From NCBI GenBank assembly GCA_004431415.1, contig QPMI01000089.1, forward strand, positions 310,001 through 374,000: a DNA stretch of 64,000 nt, read 5' to 3'. The notes under the pieces are model-generated. The model did not search any database and was not told the DNA's origin. It saw only the letters and a list, made by a program, of their open reading frames with translations. The translations under genes were made by a program, and so were the position numbers. This document shows positions 34,101 through 45,635 of this stretch, in pieces (within the stretch, counting starts at the first letter, position 1; the number at the start of each line of letters is the position of its first letter). Origin of the DNA: Cyanophora paradoxa CCMP329. Taxonomy: Eukaryota; Plantae; Glaucophyta.

Positions 34101-37100
34101 GCGGGCCGACCTTCCGCGCGCGGCGGCGGCGGTAGCGCTCGCGGGCGCGCGCGATTTCCTCCATGACGGGCGTCGCGGGGGCCGCCCCCTCCGCCCCGGG
34201 CCCCGCCGCCGCCGGCGCCACCGCCCCCGCCGGCTCCCTGCACCCGAAGTTAGGGGGGTGGGGGAAGGGGACGAGGGGGGTACAGTACCCGTAGAGGACG
34301 ACTGAGAGGGGCGGGTGGCGGACGTACTTCACGAAGGGCCGCCAGCGCACGCGGTGCAGCTGTACCCCGGCGGGGTGAGAACGGCGAAACGCTGTACCCC
34401 GGCGGGAGCGGCCGCACGAGGAGCCAGGCGGCGCCGAGGACGGCGACGAGGAGGACGAGGAGGAGGTAGGCGACGGCGAGGCGGCGCAGGTCGGCGCTGG
34501 CGCCCAGCTTGAGGCACCGCGCCGCCGCCGCCGTGATCGGCTTCTGCGCCCCGCGCCGCGTGAGAGGGGTGAAGCTAGTTCGTTTCGTCGGCAAGCTAGA
34601 TAGCTTCAGCGTGGAGGGAGGAAGGGAGGTCGTTGCGCGCATTCACGACGAGAAAGACGACGATCTCGACGGCTGCGGCGAAAGGCGGCCTCAGCACGCG
34701 CAGCTGCAGGGGCGGGGGCGCGAGAGCACTACAAAACGCACCGGGGAAGGCGAGGGGCCCCGGGAGGGGCCCGCGGAGCCGGCCCTTCCAGAGGAGGAGG
34801 CGCCAGAGGAGGAAGTGGAGGAGGGCGGCCCCGCCCAGCACCACCGCGCACCAGAAGATCGTCGTCTGTCGGATCAGGTTGGTTGGTTGGTTTAGCTGCT
34901 TAGTTTAACTAATCATGTCTCAAGGGGCGGACGCGGAATGCGTTGTCGGCAGCCTCGGCCTGCCAACGCGCGTTCGACGCCGCGTACTCCACCTGGGGGG
35001 GGGATGAGAGGAGCGGGGGGTACAGATGGCGGGAGAGGGCGCGCCTCGACTTGGGTGAGGGGCCGGCCGGCGGCCTCGGCGGAGGCGGCGGCCTGCAGCA
35101 GGGCCCGGCGGAGGGCGGCCGGCGCCGTCGAGGCGTTCGCGGGGGCCGAGAGCGCGATGTCGTACCCCGTCGGCTCCTTCGGCCGCGGCGGGTCCCTGCG
35201 ACGCAGTCGCAGTCAGAAGAAGCCGTCCAAAGGGGAAGGAGCGCAGTGCAGCGTAAGAAAGGGAGCTTGCTCGCCGGGAGCCGATGGGGTTGGGCCAGCC
35301 GTCGAGCATGAAGAAGGAGAGGCCGGAGCCGAGGGAGGAGAAGGAGCGGGGTACACGGTCCGAGGCCACGCTGCTGAACAGGTTCAGCACCTGCGCGGGG
35401 GGGTAAGAGGAGGGGCGGAGGGGGGTACACGAAGAAGAAGAAGAGAAAACGGGCCTGCATGGTGCCGACCATGACGACGACGCCGCCCGTGCCGGCCTGC
35501 AGCGCCCCGCCCGAGGCCGCCGCCCCGCCGGCCGCAGCGCCGGCCGCCGCCGCGCTCCCGCCGCCGACGCGGCCGCCGACCCGACGGCGGCGCCGATGCT
35601 CGCCGCGACGCTCGCGGCGACGCTCGCGCTGCGGGGCGGACGGGGCGGCGCATCAGCACGGGCGGACAGGGCGGATAGGGCGAACTGCTGGCGCGGCTCG
35701 CCTGACGCTGACGAGGGTGGCCGTGACGGTTGCGACGGAGACGACGGTCGCCGTGAGCTCGGCGCGCGCGACGGGCACCGAGTCGAGGGGGTCGGGGGGC
35801 GGCGCGACGACGACGCGCGTGCGGGCGACGGCGGCGGCGCCCTGGTCGTCGGTCGCCGTGAGCGAGAAGAGGTACGTGCCGACCCCGGAGACGTTGGCGA
35901 GCAGCAGGGCGCGGGTCTGGGTCACGGCGACGGAGCGGAGGCGGGCGACGGAGGGGCCGTCCTCCTGCCGCCACACGAGCGACGCGACGAAGCCGTCGGG
36001 ATCGGACGCCGCCCCCGCCACCTCGAACGAGGTCTCCGCGAAGGTACCGTTGGGCCCGGTCCGCGCCGGCGTCTGCAGCTCGAGCAGCTCGGGCGCGCTC
36101 ACGGCGGGGCCGGCGTTGGCCGGCCCCGCCGGCCGCGGGTCGAAGAGCACCGTCACCGCCAGCGCCTCGCTCCGCCCGTCCTGCCCGGCCGCCTTTTAGA
36201 AAAGAAGCGAAAGCGAGCGGATGGGACCGCACGTCGTTGTCGACGGCGACGAAGGCGAGGGAGCAGTTGCCCTGTACCCCCGGCCGCACTGGGAACGAGG
36301 CGACTGGGCCCTCCACGGCGAACTCGCTCGCGTTGACGGGGCACGCCGGCGAGGCCCGCAGCGCCCACTCGTACCCCGCCACGAGCCCGTCGAGGTCGGT
36401 CGAGGGGCGCCCCGTCAGGCGCCCCGGGCCGTCCCGGAAGCGGAAGACGTTGGGGGCCGGTACCCCCGCCGGCGACGCCGCCTCCACGGCGGCCCGCGGG
36501 AGAACGTTCCCCGCCCGCTCGGCCACGCGCACGTCGGCGCGGACGACGTACCCCGGGGGGAGGAAGGCGAAGCCGGCGGGGGGCGCCTGGAAGGGCGGCG
36601 AGCGCGCGGCGAAGGCGTCGGCCTCGGCGGCCGTCCGCAGGAGGAGCCGCGCGGAGACGGCGTAGGAGAAGGGGTACGACGCCGCCGCGCCGCTGAGATT
36701 GGACTGCAGGAGGGCGCGCCCGGATGCGGTGGGGGCGGAGAAGGGCGCGGGGCGGGCGGAGAGGTCTGCGATGGCGTCCGGGGTACAGTTGAAGGCCTCG
36801 GCGAGGCCGGCGGCGACGCGGGCGAGGGGCCCCGCGAGGCCGCGCGCGGCGGCCTCGAGCACGTCGGCGGCGGCGGCGCCGGCGGCCTCGAGCCGGAGCG
36901 TCACGAGCGGGGGCCAGAAGGCGGCGAACGCGACGTCGGCCGAGGCCTCCGCCCCCCGGTCCTCGTCGGCGACGGTCACGCGGAAGGCGTAGGCGCCCGG
37001 CCGCACGAGCCCCGGCAGCTCGACGGCGGCCGCCGAGGCGTTCGGCGCGAAGGCGGCGCCCGGCGGCCCCGCCGTCTGGTTCCAGCGGAACCGGAGGCCG

Positions 37101-37687
37101 GCGCCCGGCGCCGCCGCGTCCGGGTCGTACGAGGCGGAGGCGTTCAAAAAGAAGGCGCGGAGCGGGAGGGCGAGGCGGCGGGCGCCGGAGCCGGCGACGG
37201 CCGAGGCGACGGGCGGGTTGTTGTAGCGCCAGCGCTCCAGCGCCAGCACCGTGTAGTTGACGGGGTACACGTAGAACTCGGCGGGGCACAGCGCGAAGGA
37301 CCCCGGCGCGCTCCGCCGCGGCGGCGTGACGGCCGTGACCCGCGGGCCCCTGCCGCGGGATCGCCTCGGCGGGCGGGAGAGAATGGGCGAGAGAGGGGGG
37401 TACGCACGCGATGGAGAGCGAAGTGGCGTCGGCGCCGCAGAAGGAGAGCCGAAGGGAGAGGTCGACCGTCGGGAGGCCTGCCGGGCGGTCAGAGGCGCCC
37501 TCGGCTTCGCGGCGGCCGTTGGAATGGAGGGGCGGACCCTCGGCGAGGAAGACGAGGGTCTCGTTGCCGGCGGGGTCGCCGACGAGCACGGGGGCCGGCG
37601 CCGTCAGGTTGAACGCCGAGCCGACCAGCGCCACGCTCGCCACCGTCCGGAACACCGGCGCCGGCGCCGGCCGCGTCGGCGCCGGCG

Positions 37688-37724
<37 letters not shown>

Positions 37725-39871
37725 TGGGCTTGGGCTCGGGGTCGTCCCGTTCGACGCCGTACCGTTGGCGGAGGCGGCCGTGCCGTTCGTAGCCGCCGCC
37801 GACGCCGTCGCGTTGGGCGGGGCGGGGGCGGGGCCGGAGACGGGTGCGATCGTGGCGTTGGCGGGGGGCGCCTCGTCGGCGACGGGCGTGTAGGTGTACC
37901 CCACGGAGACGGAGAGGAGGCCGGTGGCGCGGGGGGGGAAGGAGATGCGGAGGGGGAACTGGTTGGCGACCTCGGAGACAGCCTGCAGCTGCGCCTCTAC
38001 CCCCGCCAGCGTCGCCGAGGCGAGGCGGACGGAGAGGCCCTCCCGCACGGCGTACGCGGGGGCGCCCCCGCGCGTCCGCGGCAGGAAGGTGCAGAGCAGC
38101 GAGCCGTTGGCCGGCGCGACGAGGCGCGGGCAGGCGAGGCGGGAGGCCTGCGGGTCGGGCGGCGCGGCGACGAAGAGCTCGATGGAGGCCAGCGCGCCTG
38201 CGAAGCCCGGGGCGGCCACCGCGAAGGTGTAGGGGCCCGTCGCCGTCCCGTTGCCGTCGCCGCCGGTCGCGTTGGCGAGGAGGACGGCGGCGTTGGCGAC
38301 GGCGCGGGGCGGCTCGAGCAGCACGGGGCCCTGCGAGGAGTAGAGGAGGCCGCCGAAGTCGGTGTAGGCCGGGCGACCCTCCACGATCGGCGTCAGCGTC
38401 ACCGCCAGCGTGTCCCCGCGGTGCAGCACCGAGGGGTCTGCCCAGGGGCGTGAACAAGGGGGGTACAGGACAGGAAGGGGGGTACGGCGCACAGGCGGTG
38501 ACGTTGATGTACTCGGGGACGGCGGCGAAGACGACGACCTCGCGCGAGGCGCGAAGCGGGGGGCGGCCGGCGGCCGTCGAGTCGGCGGGGGGCGAGAAGA
38601 GGGCGGTGACGGTGTAGCGGCCCTGGACGGCTAGGGAGCGGCCGGCCTGAGCGAGCAGCACGGGCGCGAAGGAGGAGACGACGGTGGCGGGGACGCTCGA
38701 GAAGAGCGGGTCCACGCCGCCGTCCGCCCGCAGCGACACGTACCGCCCGCTCGCCCACGTCGCCGACCCGTCCCTGCCGCCCCGTGAGAAGAAGGAGAAG
38801 CGGCGGGCGGGCGGGGCGGGGCGGGGCGGACGCGGCGCGAAAAGTGAGGTTGCAGGCGACGGAGGCGGCGGTGGCGACGGCCCCGGGGCACCGAAAGTCG
38901 AGGGCGGCGGGGTACGGGTCGCCCACGAGGGTCGCGAGGGAGCCGAGGACGGCCCCCGAGGAGGCGAGGAGGACCTCCAGCGTACCCGGGCCGGGCGCGC
39001 CCGTCGCGAGGGTCAGCGAGGCCGTGGCCGCCACGCCGGCGCCGGCGAGCGCGCCGCCCGGGACGGCCAGGGCGCCCTCGCCCGAGGTCCGCACGGCCAG
39101 CAGCGAGAAGTTGGCCGGGCCCTGCGCGCCCCTCAGCCCGCGCCGGCTCAGGCGCCCGCCCCGCCCCGCAGCGCGCACCGCTACGCCGCCGACGACGCTC
39201 CGGAGGGTGAACGAAGCGGAGTTCCTGGGGGTACGGGCGCCCGTGAGGGGGGGGGGGAGACCGGGGGCTGGGACGGGCGGGGGGTACCCGAGGTGGATGG
39301 TGGTGGGCCCCGTGATGGTGACGCTCGAGGGCGCCGTCGCTGGCGGGGCGCGGGGCGGAGTCAGAGGCGGAAGCGGGAGCGGCGGGGACGAGAGAGGGGG
39401 GGGGGGGGGGGGGGGGGGCGCCCGCACTGTAGGCGCTGAGGGCGCAGCAGCCCGAGACGCTGAGGCCGTTCACGAGGATCAAGCCTGGCGCGCAGCGTGA
39501 GGCGGCGAGGCGCGGCGGATCGGGCGGGTCGGACCCGTGCCGAGCGCGCTGAGCGGGGGCGTCACGCTGAAGCGGTACTCGTTGGAGGAGGCCACCTGAG
39601 TGACCGCGCCAAAGCTCGCCGAGGCGAGGCTGCCCCCGCCGCTCACGGACAGCGCGGCCGCCGCCGGCACCACCGCGCTGGAGGCGTTGCGCGCCGTGAA
39701 GGTGCACGTCGTGGCCTGCCCCGCGGGCAGCGTCGTGCTCCCGCAGGAGATGCTGGAAGTCGTGTCCAAAGCGGCGGCGACCGCCAGCGCCGCCAGAAGA
39801 ACCAGCGCCGCCGCGAGGGGCGGCAAGCGCGCCGCCGCGAGGGGCGGCAAGGGTGGACGCCGCATGGCCAT
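31199..39871 (-). CDS. Giant membrane protein: signal peptide, Cys-pair Ig-like repeats, PKD/KIAA0319-like domains and a multipass FLC/TRP-like membrane domain
   Basis: Signal peptide (AAALVLLAALAVAAA). Repeats such as SISCGSTTLPAGQATTCTF. PKD-like NNPPVASA...LNASASYDPD...FRWNQTAGP...GAYAFRVTVAD, plus two more. Membrane region with GGVVVMVGTMQ|VLNL...VPRSFSSLGSGLSFF, several hydrophobic helices, and FGFMDLFKDY...FLFGIAELLK. The exact 3' end (31199-31264) is uncertain. Confidence 0.7.
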
Positions 39872-40112
39872 TTCCTCTACGCTAGCTATCCATAGCTAGG
39901 CGTAGATCGAGCAACGGGCTGCGCGGCGGCCACGGCCTCCACGCCCGAGAATAGCCGCGGGCGTCCCCGCGCGGCTGAGGTCGCCGGCTGCGCCCCAGGA
40001 GGAAAGCTAACTGCACCACGAAGCCGCGCGAGCCACGACAAAAGTCCGCTAAGGGGGAACAAGGCCTGGTGGGGTAGCGGCGGTTGATAGGGGTAGGCCA
40101 CAATCTCGAAAC

Positions 40113-40823
40113 ATGGCGGTGAGGGCGCTCCCTTGCTATGCCCGATAGGGGCCCGCTGATCGCGAGATAGCACGCCAGCCGACTTAGGCTTTCTTTTGCG
40201 CGCCCGTAGTAACCCCCCGGTCGCGTAGGACAAGACGTGCACCATCCGCACTCGGAAGTTCATGACCAACCGGCTCCTGAACCGGAAGCAGTTCGTGCGT
40301 CAGATTCAGCTTTGCCTGAGCGGTCGCCGCGCGTCGCGCTCCAAGGCCTCACACGCGCCATTCGCTCGCGTAGGTCATCGATGTGCTGCACCCCGGCCGG
40401 GCCAACGTGTCCAAGAACGAGCTCCGCGAGAAGCTCGCTAAGATGTACAAGGTCGACGACCCGGCCCGCGTCCTCGTCTACGGCTTCCGCACTGGCTTCG
40501 GTGGTGGCAAGTCCACCGGCTTCGGCCTGATCTACGACAGCGTGGCCTTCGCCAAGAAGACCGAGTCGAAGTTCCGCCTTGTCCGCGTGCGTTCCACCCC
40601 GCCCAGCTTCCCGCAGCGCGCCAGCCACAACCCGCTCCCGATCGCCGACCTCGCGCCCGCCCCACTGTGTCTGATTGTCTGACCGCGCTCCTTTTCTCGC
40701 ACACAGATCGGCATGGGCGAGGGCAAGCCGGGCGGCCGCAAGCAGCGCAAGGAGCGCAAGAACCGCATGAAGAAGGTCCGCGGTGTGAAGAAGGCGAAGG
40801 CCGCGACCGCTTCCAAGAAGTAA
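40113..40823 (+). CDS. RPS24: 40S ribosomal protein S24 (eS24), 4 exons
   Basis: MA|[22 protein letters not shown]|[14 protein letters not shown]...[20 protein letters not shown]...KFRLVR|IG...[16 protein letters not shown]...KK*. Intron 1 is 40119-40228. TAA 40821-40823. Confidence 0.98.
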
Positions 40824-41601
40824 GCGGCTCACGGCCAACGCGGAGAGCTCAGCAGCTAGTAGCACAGCTAGCGCAGCTCAAGCCGCGCGACCAGCTTTCT
40901 CCGGATTCCGCCCCGGAGGAGCACAGGGGTCATCCCAGGATCGGCGTGCAGTCTCCCGTTTCGAGTTTCAAGCAGCTTCGCACAGCTGCTGTCACCGCTT
41001 CGCTTGTTCCGTCACCTTCTTGTTACGAAGCGAATGCGGCCTTCCCAGATGCGACTTCTACAGCCTGGACCTCCGAGCTCGCCTTTGGAGCCGCCGGCAA
41101 GGGGATTACGGGCTTGGAGCACAGATGCACGCCGAGAGTGCGCCTCCTGCTTTTGTTCTGGGCACGAAACCGGGGTGCGCGTTCTAGATCTAAAGCTGCG
41201 GCTGGACACGGTGCACGTAATCGCCATGGCACCTGCGCCCCCCTTCTAGAAAGCTTGCAATTGGCAGTGGCAGTCGCAATGCCCTTGTGCAGCTGGCGCC
41301 GGCCGCCGTGCCCGACTCGCCGCGACGGAGGATTGAGGGATTCGAGTTGGGCGCCGGCCCGCGCCTGCTCTGTACATGTGCAAGCGCAGTGCAAGCTGGC
41401 GCCTGCTGCCGCTAAGGGGCCCAGCGGTCGATGGCCATTCAGAATTCTTTGGGCCGCATCGTGGACGCGCTAAGCACAGCGCAATAGCCCCAACCCGGCC
41501 GGACATGCATATGCACGTACAGGCGCGCCGCCACGCCCGGGCCGGGGGGTAGGGGGTCGGGAGCGAGCCTGCGTCAGCGGCCCGGAGCTCGAGGCCTCAG
41601 G

Positions 41602-43018
41602 ATGCTCAGCTTCGTGGCCGCGGGCCTCGCGGCGCGCAAGATGCGCGGCATGCAGCTCTCTGCCAACGCCCTCGCTCGGCCGCAGCGGGGTCTGTGCAGC
41701 GTCCAGCGGCTCCAGCCTCGCCCGAGCTTCCTGGGCCAACGGCACGCGCTCGAGCGTGCGTGCACGAAGCGCTTACATAGCCTACGTCTCACTCGTGCGA
41801 CCCCGCTGCGCGCAGATCGGGCGCTAGGATTCGGCCCCCGTGTGCAACGAACCGCCGCGCTCAGCGTGAGGGCCGCCGCGAGTACACGCGCGAAGCTAAC
41901 CTACGAGCTGCCGAAGATCGTTGGACACCGAGGAGCGGCCGCGATCGCACCAGAGAACACGCTGGCGGGACTCCGGAAGGCGGCAGAGCTCGGCTGCAAG
42001 ATGGTGGAATTCGACGTGAAGCTTACGCAGGACGGCCGCGTCATCTTGTTCCACGACCATCTCCTAGAGCGGTGAGCTCAGTCGCTGCGCCGCTGCTTGC
42101 GCTTGCGCCAAAGACAGGCGCCGCCGACCGGATCAAATCGATATCAGGACGACGGACGGGAAGGGCGACACGCGGAATCTCACGCTGAAGGAGATTCGGG
42201 ACCTAGACGCGGGCTCGCACTTTCACGCGGATTTCGAATCCGAGCGCGTCCCGACGCTCGAGGAGGCGCTGGACGAGATGGTCCGTTCGCCGGCTGCACG
42301 CCTGATCCGATGAGATTGGAGTTTGATTTGAATCCAGGTCCGCCTCGGGCTCTACGCGAACGTAGAGCTGAAGCCGTGCGCCGGGACCGACGAGCCGCTC
42401 GCCGCGGCCGCCCTCGAGGTCATCGCGCGCCGCTGGCCCCGCCACCTCCCGCCCCTCCTCCTCTCCTCCTTCGAGCGCGCCTCGCTCGCCGCCGCCGCCC
42501 GAATCTCCCCCGAGACCCCCCGCGGGCTCCTGCTCGGTGCGAATTCGAATTAAAGTTCAAATTCGAAATCGCTCGCCGCTCCGCGCCCGTTTTCTTTACA
42601 CACGTGCAGAGGAGCCGCCGGCGGACTGGGCGGAGGCGGCCGAGGCCCTGGGGTGCTCCACCGTCCACACCAACCACCTCCACACCTCCGACGAGGTTCG
42701 CGTGTACCCCCCAATCCCTTCCCCCCCCCCTTGATCGCGGTGATCGCGGTTCGCGGGGCGCCAGGTGATCGCTGAGGCGACGGCTCGCGGCATGCCGGTT
42801 CTCTGCTACACCGTGAACAGCGCCCGCGAGGCGGAGGGGTACGCGATTCGACTCGCCCGCCCCTTCTGGCCCTCATACCCCCCCTCTCCCCCTCCCCCCC
42901 GCGCAGGCTGTTCCGAAGGGGTGTGGCATCCGTCTTTTCTGACTACCCCGACCTGCTCCGCCGCCGCGAGCCGGCCACGAACTCCGGTATCCATCCCGCG
43001 ATAGCGCCCAGTCGCTAG
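41602..43018 (+). CDS. Glycerophosphodiester phosphodiesterase (bacterial UgpQ-like) with an N-terminal transit peptide, multi-exon
   Basis: [37 protein letters not shown]|[45 protein letters not shown]. Presequence MLSFVAAG... TAG 43016-43018. Confidence 0.93.
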
Positions 43019-43586
43019 CTCACGTACCCCTCGCCCTCGCAGACGCGCCTCCCGCCTCCGGGCAGCGCCTCGACCCGCCTGCCGCCGGGTGCGGGGCGTC
43101 GGTACCCCCCGCCCTGCGCGTCCTTCCTGATTTGTGGCGCAGGGCTTCGGGCGGGGTGCAGGTACACCCGTCCTAGGCGGTCAGAAGCGGCTTTCCTGTT
43201 CCGTCCGGATTCGAACGAGCGCGCGATCCCTCAAGCTTCGATCCTGCCACGTGCTCCGCGCGCTGTTCGGACCGGCACCGGCACCGTACCCCCCTCGACC
43301 GGCCCTGCTCCATTCGCGACTTCGATTCTTCCGAACGTTAACCTCCGGCTGGCCTTCTGCCTCCAAAACCGCTCTCTCGTACCCCTTCCCTCGAGCTCCC
43401 CTCCCCTTGCTTTTTTCCGCGCCTTGCTGTTCCTTCGCGTCTTCAGATGCAAAGTCGATATACCTGCCCGGGCAACTGTACCACATAGAGATCTAGAGGG
43501 CTATAAATTTCTACATACGGAGTAAGGGCGGCACCCTACCCGCGGCGGCCGGTGCCGCGACTGCGCCTGCGCCTGCGCCTGTCTGC

Positions 43587-45520
43587 CTAAAGCTCGTACG
43601 AGCGGTTCTGCTGGCCGCCGAAGCCGGGGCGGCCCGCGCCGGCCCCGCCCTCCTGGAAGAGGGTGCGGCGTACCCCAGGCGGGCCCCCGAGGCCGCCGGC
43701 GGCCGCGCCGCCGCCGGCTCCAGGGATCCATCCCGGATCGGCGAAGGGCAAGCCACCGTTGGGCCGCGGGCCCGTCGACGCGCGCAGCGCCGAGTGGTGC
43801 GGCTGGGGGTGCGGCTGCGCGGGAGAGCCGTACCCGGGGAACGCGCCCCCCAGGAGGGGCTGCTGGGAGGGGGACGCGAAGTGGTGGGCGTGGTGCGGGC
43901 CGGAGGGTACGATGGGGGAGATCTGGGAGAGGTTTATGGCCCCCCCGCCGGCGTCGGCGGCCGAGGCGCGGCGCGGCGGCGTCGGCGGCCGCGCCTCGGA
44001 CATCGCGTGGCGGTTCTTGTACGTCTCGCCGCCCAGCGCGCCCCGCGGGGATCGGAGGACGCGCCCGCCCAGCGCCAGGCCCTCGTGGCTCCGGTCCGAG
44101 GGCGGCGGCAGCGCCGGGTCGAAGCGCAGGCGCCGCTCGGGGCTCCCGGCGCGCCGCTGCGGACTGCCCCCCCCGCCCAGGATGGCGCTCCGGTTCAAGG
44201 GGCGGGGCGGCGTGGCCCCGGGGGGGAGGGGCGCCCCGCCCGGGCCCGAGGCGTAGGGCGCGAACGGGGACGGGTGCGTGGCGTCCAGGGCGGCGGGGAG
44301 GGCCGCCCCCGGGAGCGCGAAGAACGGCTGCTGGGGCTGCTGCTGCTGTACTCCTGTACCCCCCCGGCCCAGTCCGAGGAACTCGTCCCCCCCGAGGCGG
44401 GCGACCTCGTCGGCGGTGAGGCCGGCGGGGAAGGCGCTCGAGGCGGCCGAGCGCGCCGACTCGCCGTCGCTGTCGCTGCCCGCCGACCGCGGCACCACTG
44501 CGATCGGATTAGATGTGATCAGGTTAGAGTGTTTAGATTGGATTAGATTAGATTAGGTGAAGTGTTTCTTAAGGCTTCTTAATAGGGCGCACTGATGTAT
44601 ATGTTCTTGGAGAAGGGCTTGAGCTGCTGGTTGCGGAAGCGCTTGATGGGCCGCTCGCCGCTGAAGACGGTGACCCGGAAGCCCCGCCCCGAGGCCTTGG
44701 CCGCCTGCATCGCGAAGTCCGGCACCAGGAAGAACGCGTTCCCGTTGAAGTCTCCTACGAGAAAGTAAGCAACAGATAGATGAAGATCAAGATTAAGCTC
44801 GCCCTTCTTCGGTTCGCGGAAGTAGGGGACTTGGAAGCGCTGCTGCTGCGGGTCGTGGCTCGACGAGAGCCGAACCTGCGAACGAAGGGAACCTCAGCGG
44901 AGGAAGGAAGCAAGGGGGGTACGGTGTATCGCGGGGCCGGGAGGGGGAGGGGTACGGTGTTCGCGCGCCTTGTCCCGGACCTCGAGGAGGACGATGGGGT
45001 TGGGGTACGGCGTGCGCCCGTCCTGGCCGACGATGGTGACGAGGACCGGGGCCTCGTTGAGGACGACCAGGCAGTTCGCCGTCTCCATCTGCTCGGCGCG
45101 CGCGGGATCGGGTCAGGCGGGGGCGGTAGAAAGATAGCGAGGGGTGCTATAGTGCGAGTCCTGTCCTCCAGCAAAGCTGCTACGTTATAGCACCGCCGGG
45201 GCGGTAGAAATGCGACGTCTATAAGGGAGCGGGCGGGAGGGGGCGGTGCGCACTCGGCGGACGGTGACGAGCTCGGAGCCGATCGGCGTCCCCTCGTACG
45301 CCACCTGAGGCGCCGGAGTCGGCGCTTGGGAAGCCGCGCTTGCCAAGCGGGCTGTCTAGGCGGGCCCACTAGGCGGCTGTATTTCGGTTTCTACGCTCAG
45401 AAGGCGCCTAGGTTTCTGAGTTTCTAGGCGCCTGTCTACCGGTTAGTTTCAGATGGGGCGGACCTGGACGAGCTTCTCGCCGGGGCGGAGTCCGCCCAGC
45501 GTGAGCTCCTCGGCCCCCAT
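43587..45520 (-). CDS. Hypothetical protein: beta-rich N-terminal region and a disordered P/G/S-rich tail
   Basis: Spliceable exons MGAEELTLGGLRPGEKLVQ|VAYEGTPIGSELV...|METANCLVVLNEAPVLVTIVGQDG...|DFNGNAFFLVPDF...|VVPRSAGSDSDGE...NRSYEL*. Confidence 0.6.
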
Positions 45521-45635
45521 CGTGTTCCGAGCGCTCGCCTCCACCTGCCCGAGGATCAAATTGCCGTGAGCGCGGGAGGATCAAATCTTCGTAAGCTTCT
45601 GCCTGTTGTCGTGAGCGTTATCGTGAACGCTATAG

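Noticed and set aside
40119-40706. RPS24 introns as possible snoRNA hosts
   Set aside because: No clear box C/D pair or H/ACA arrangement seen.
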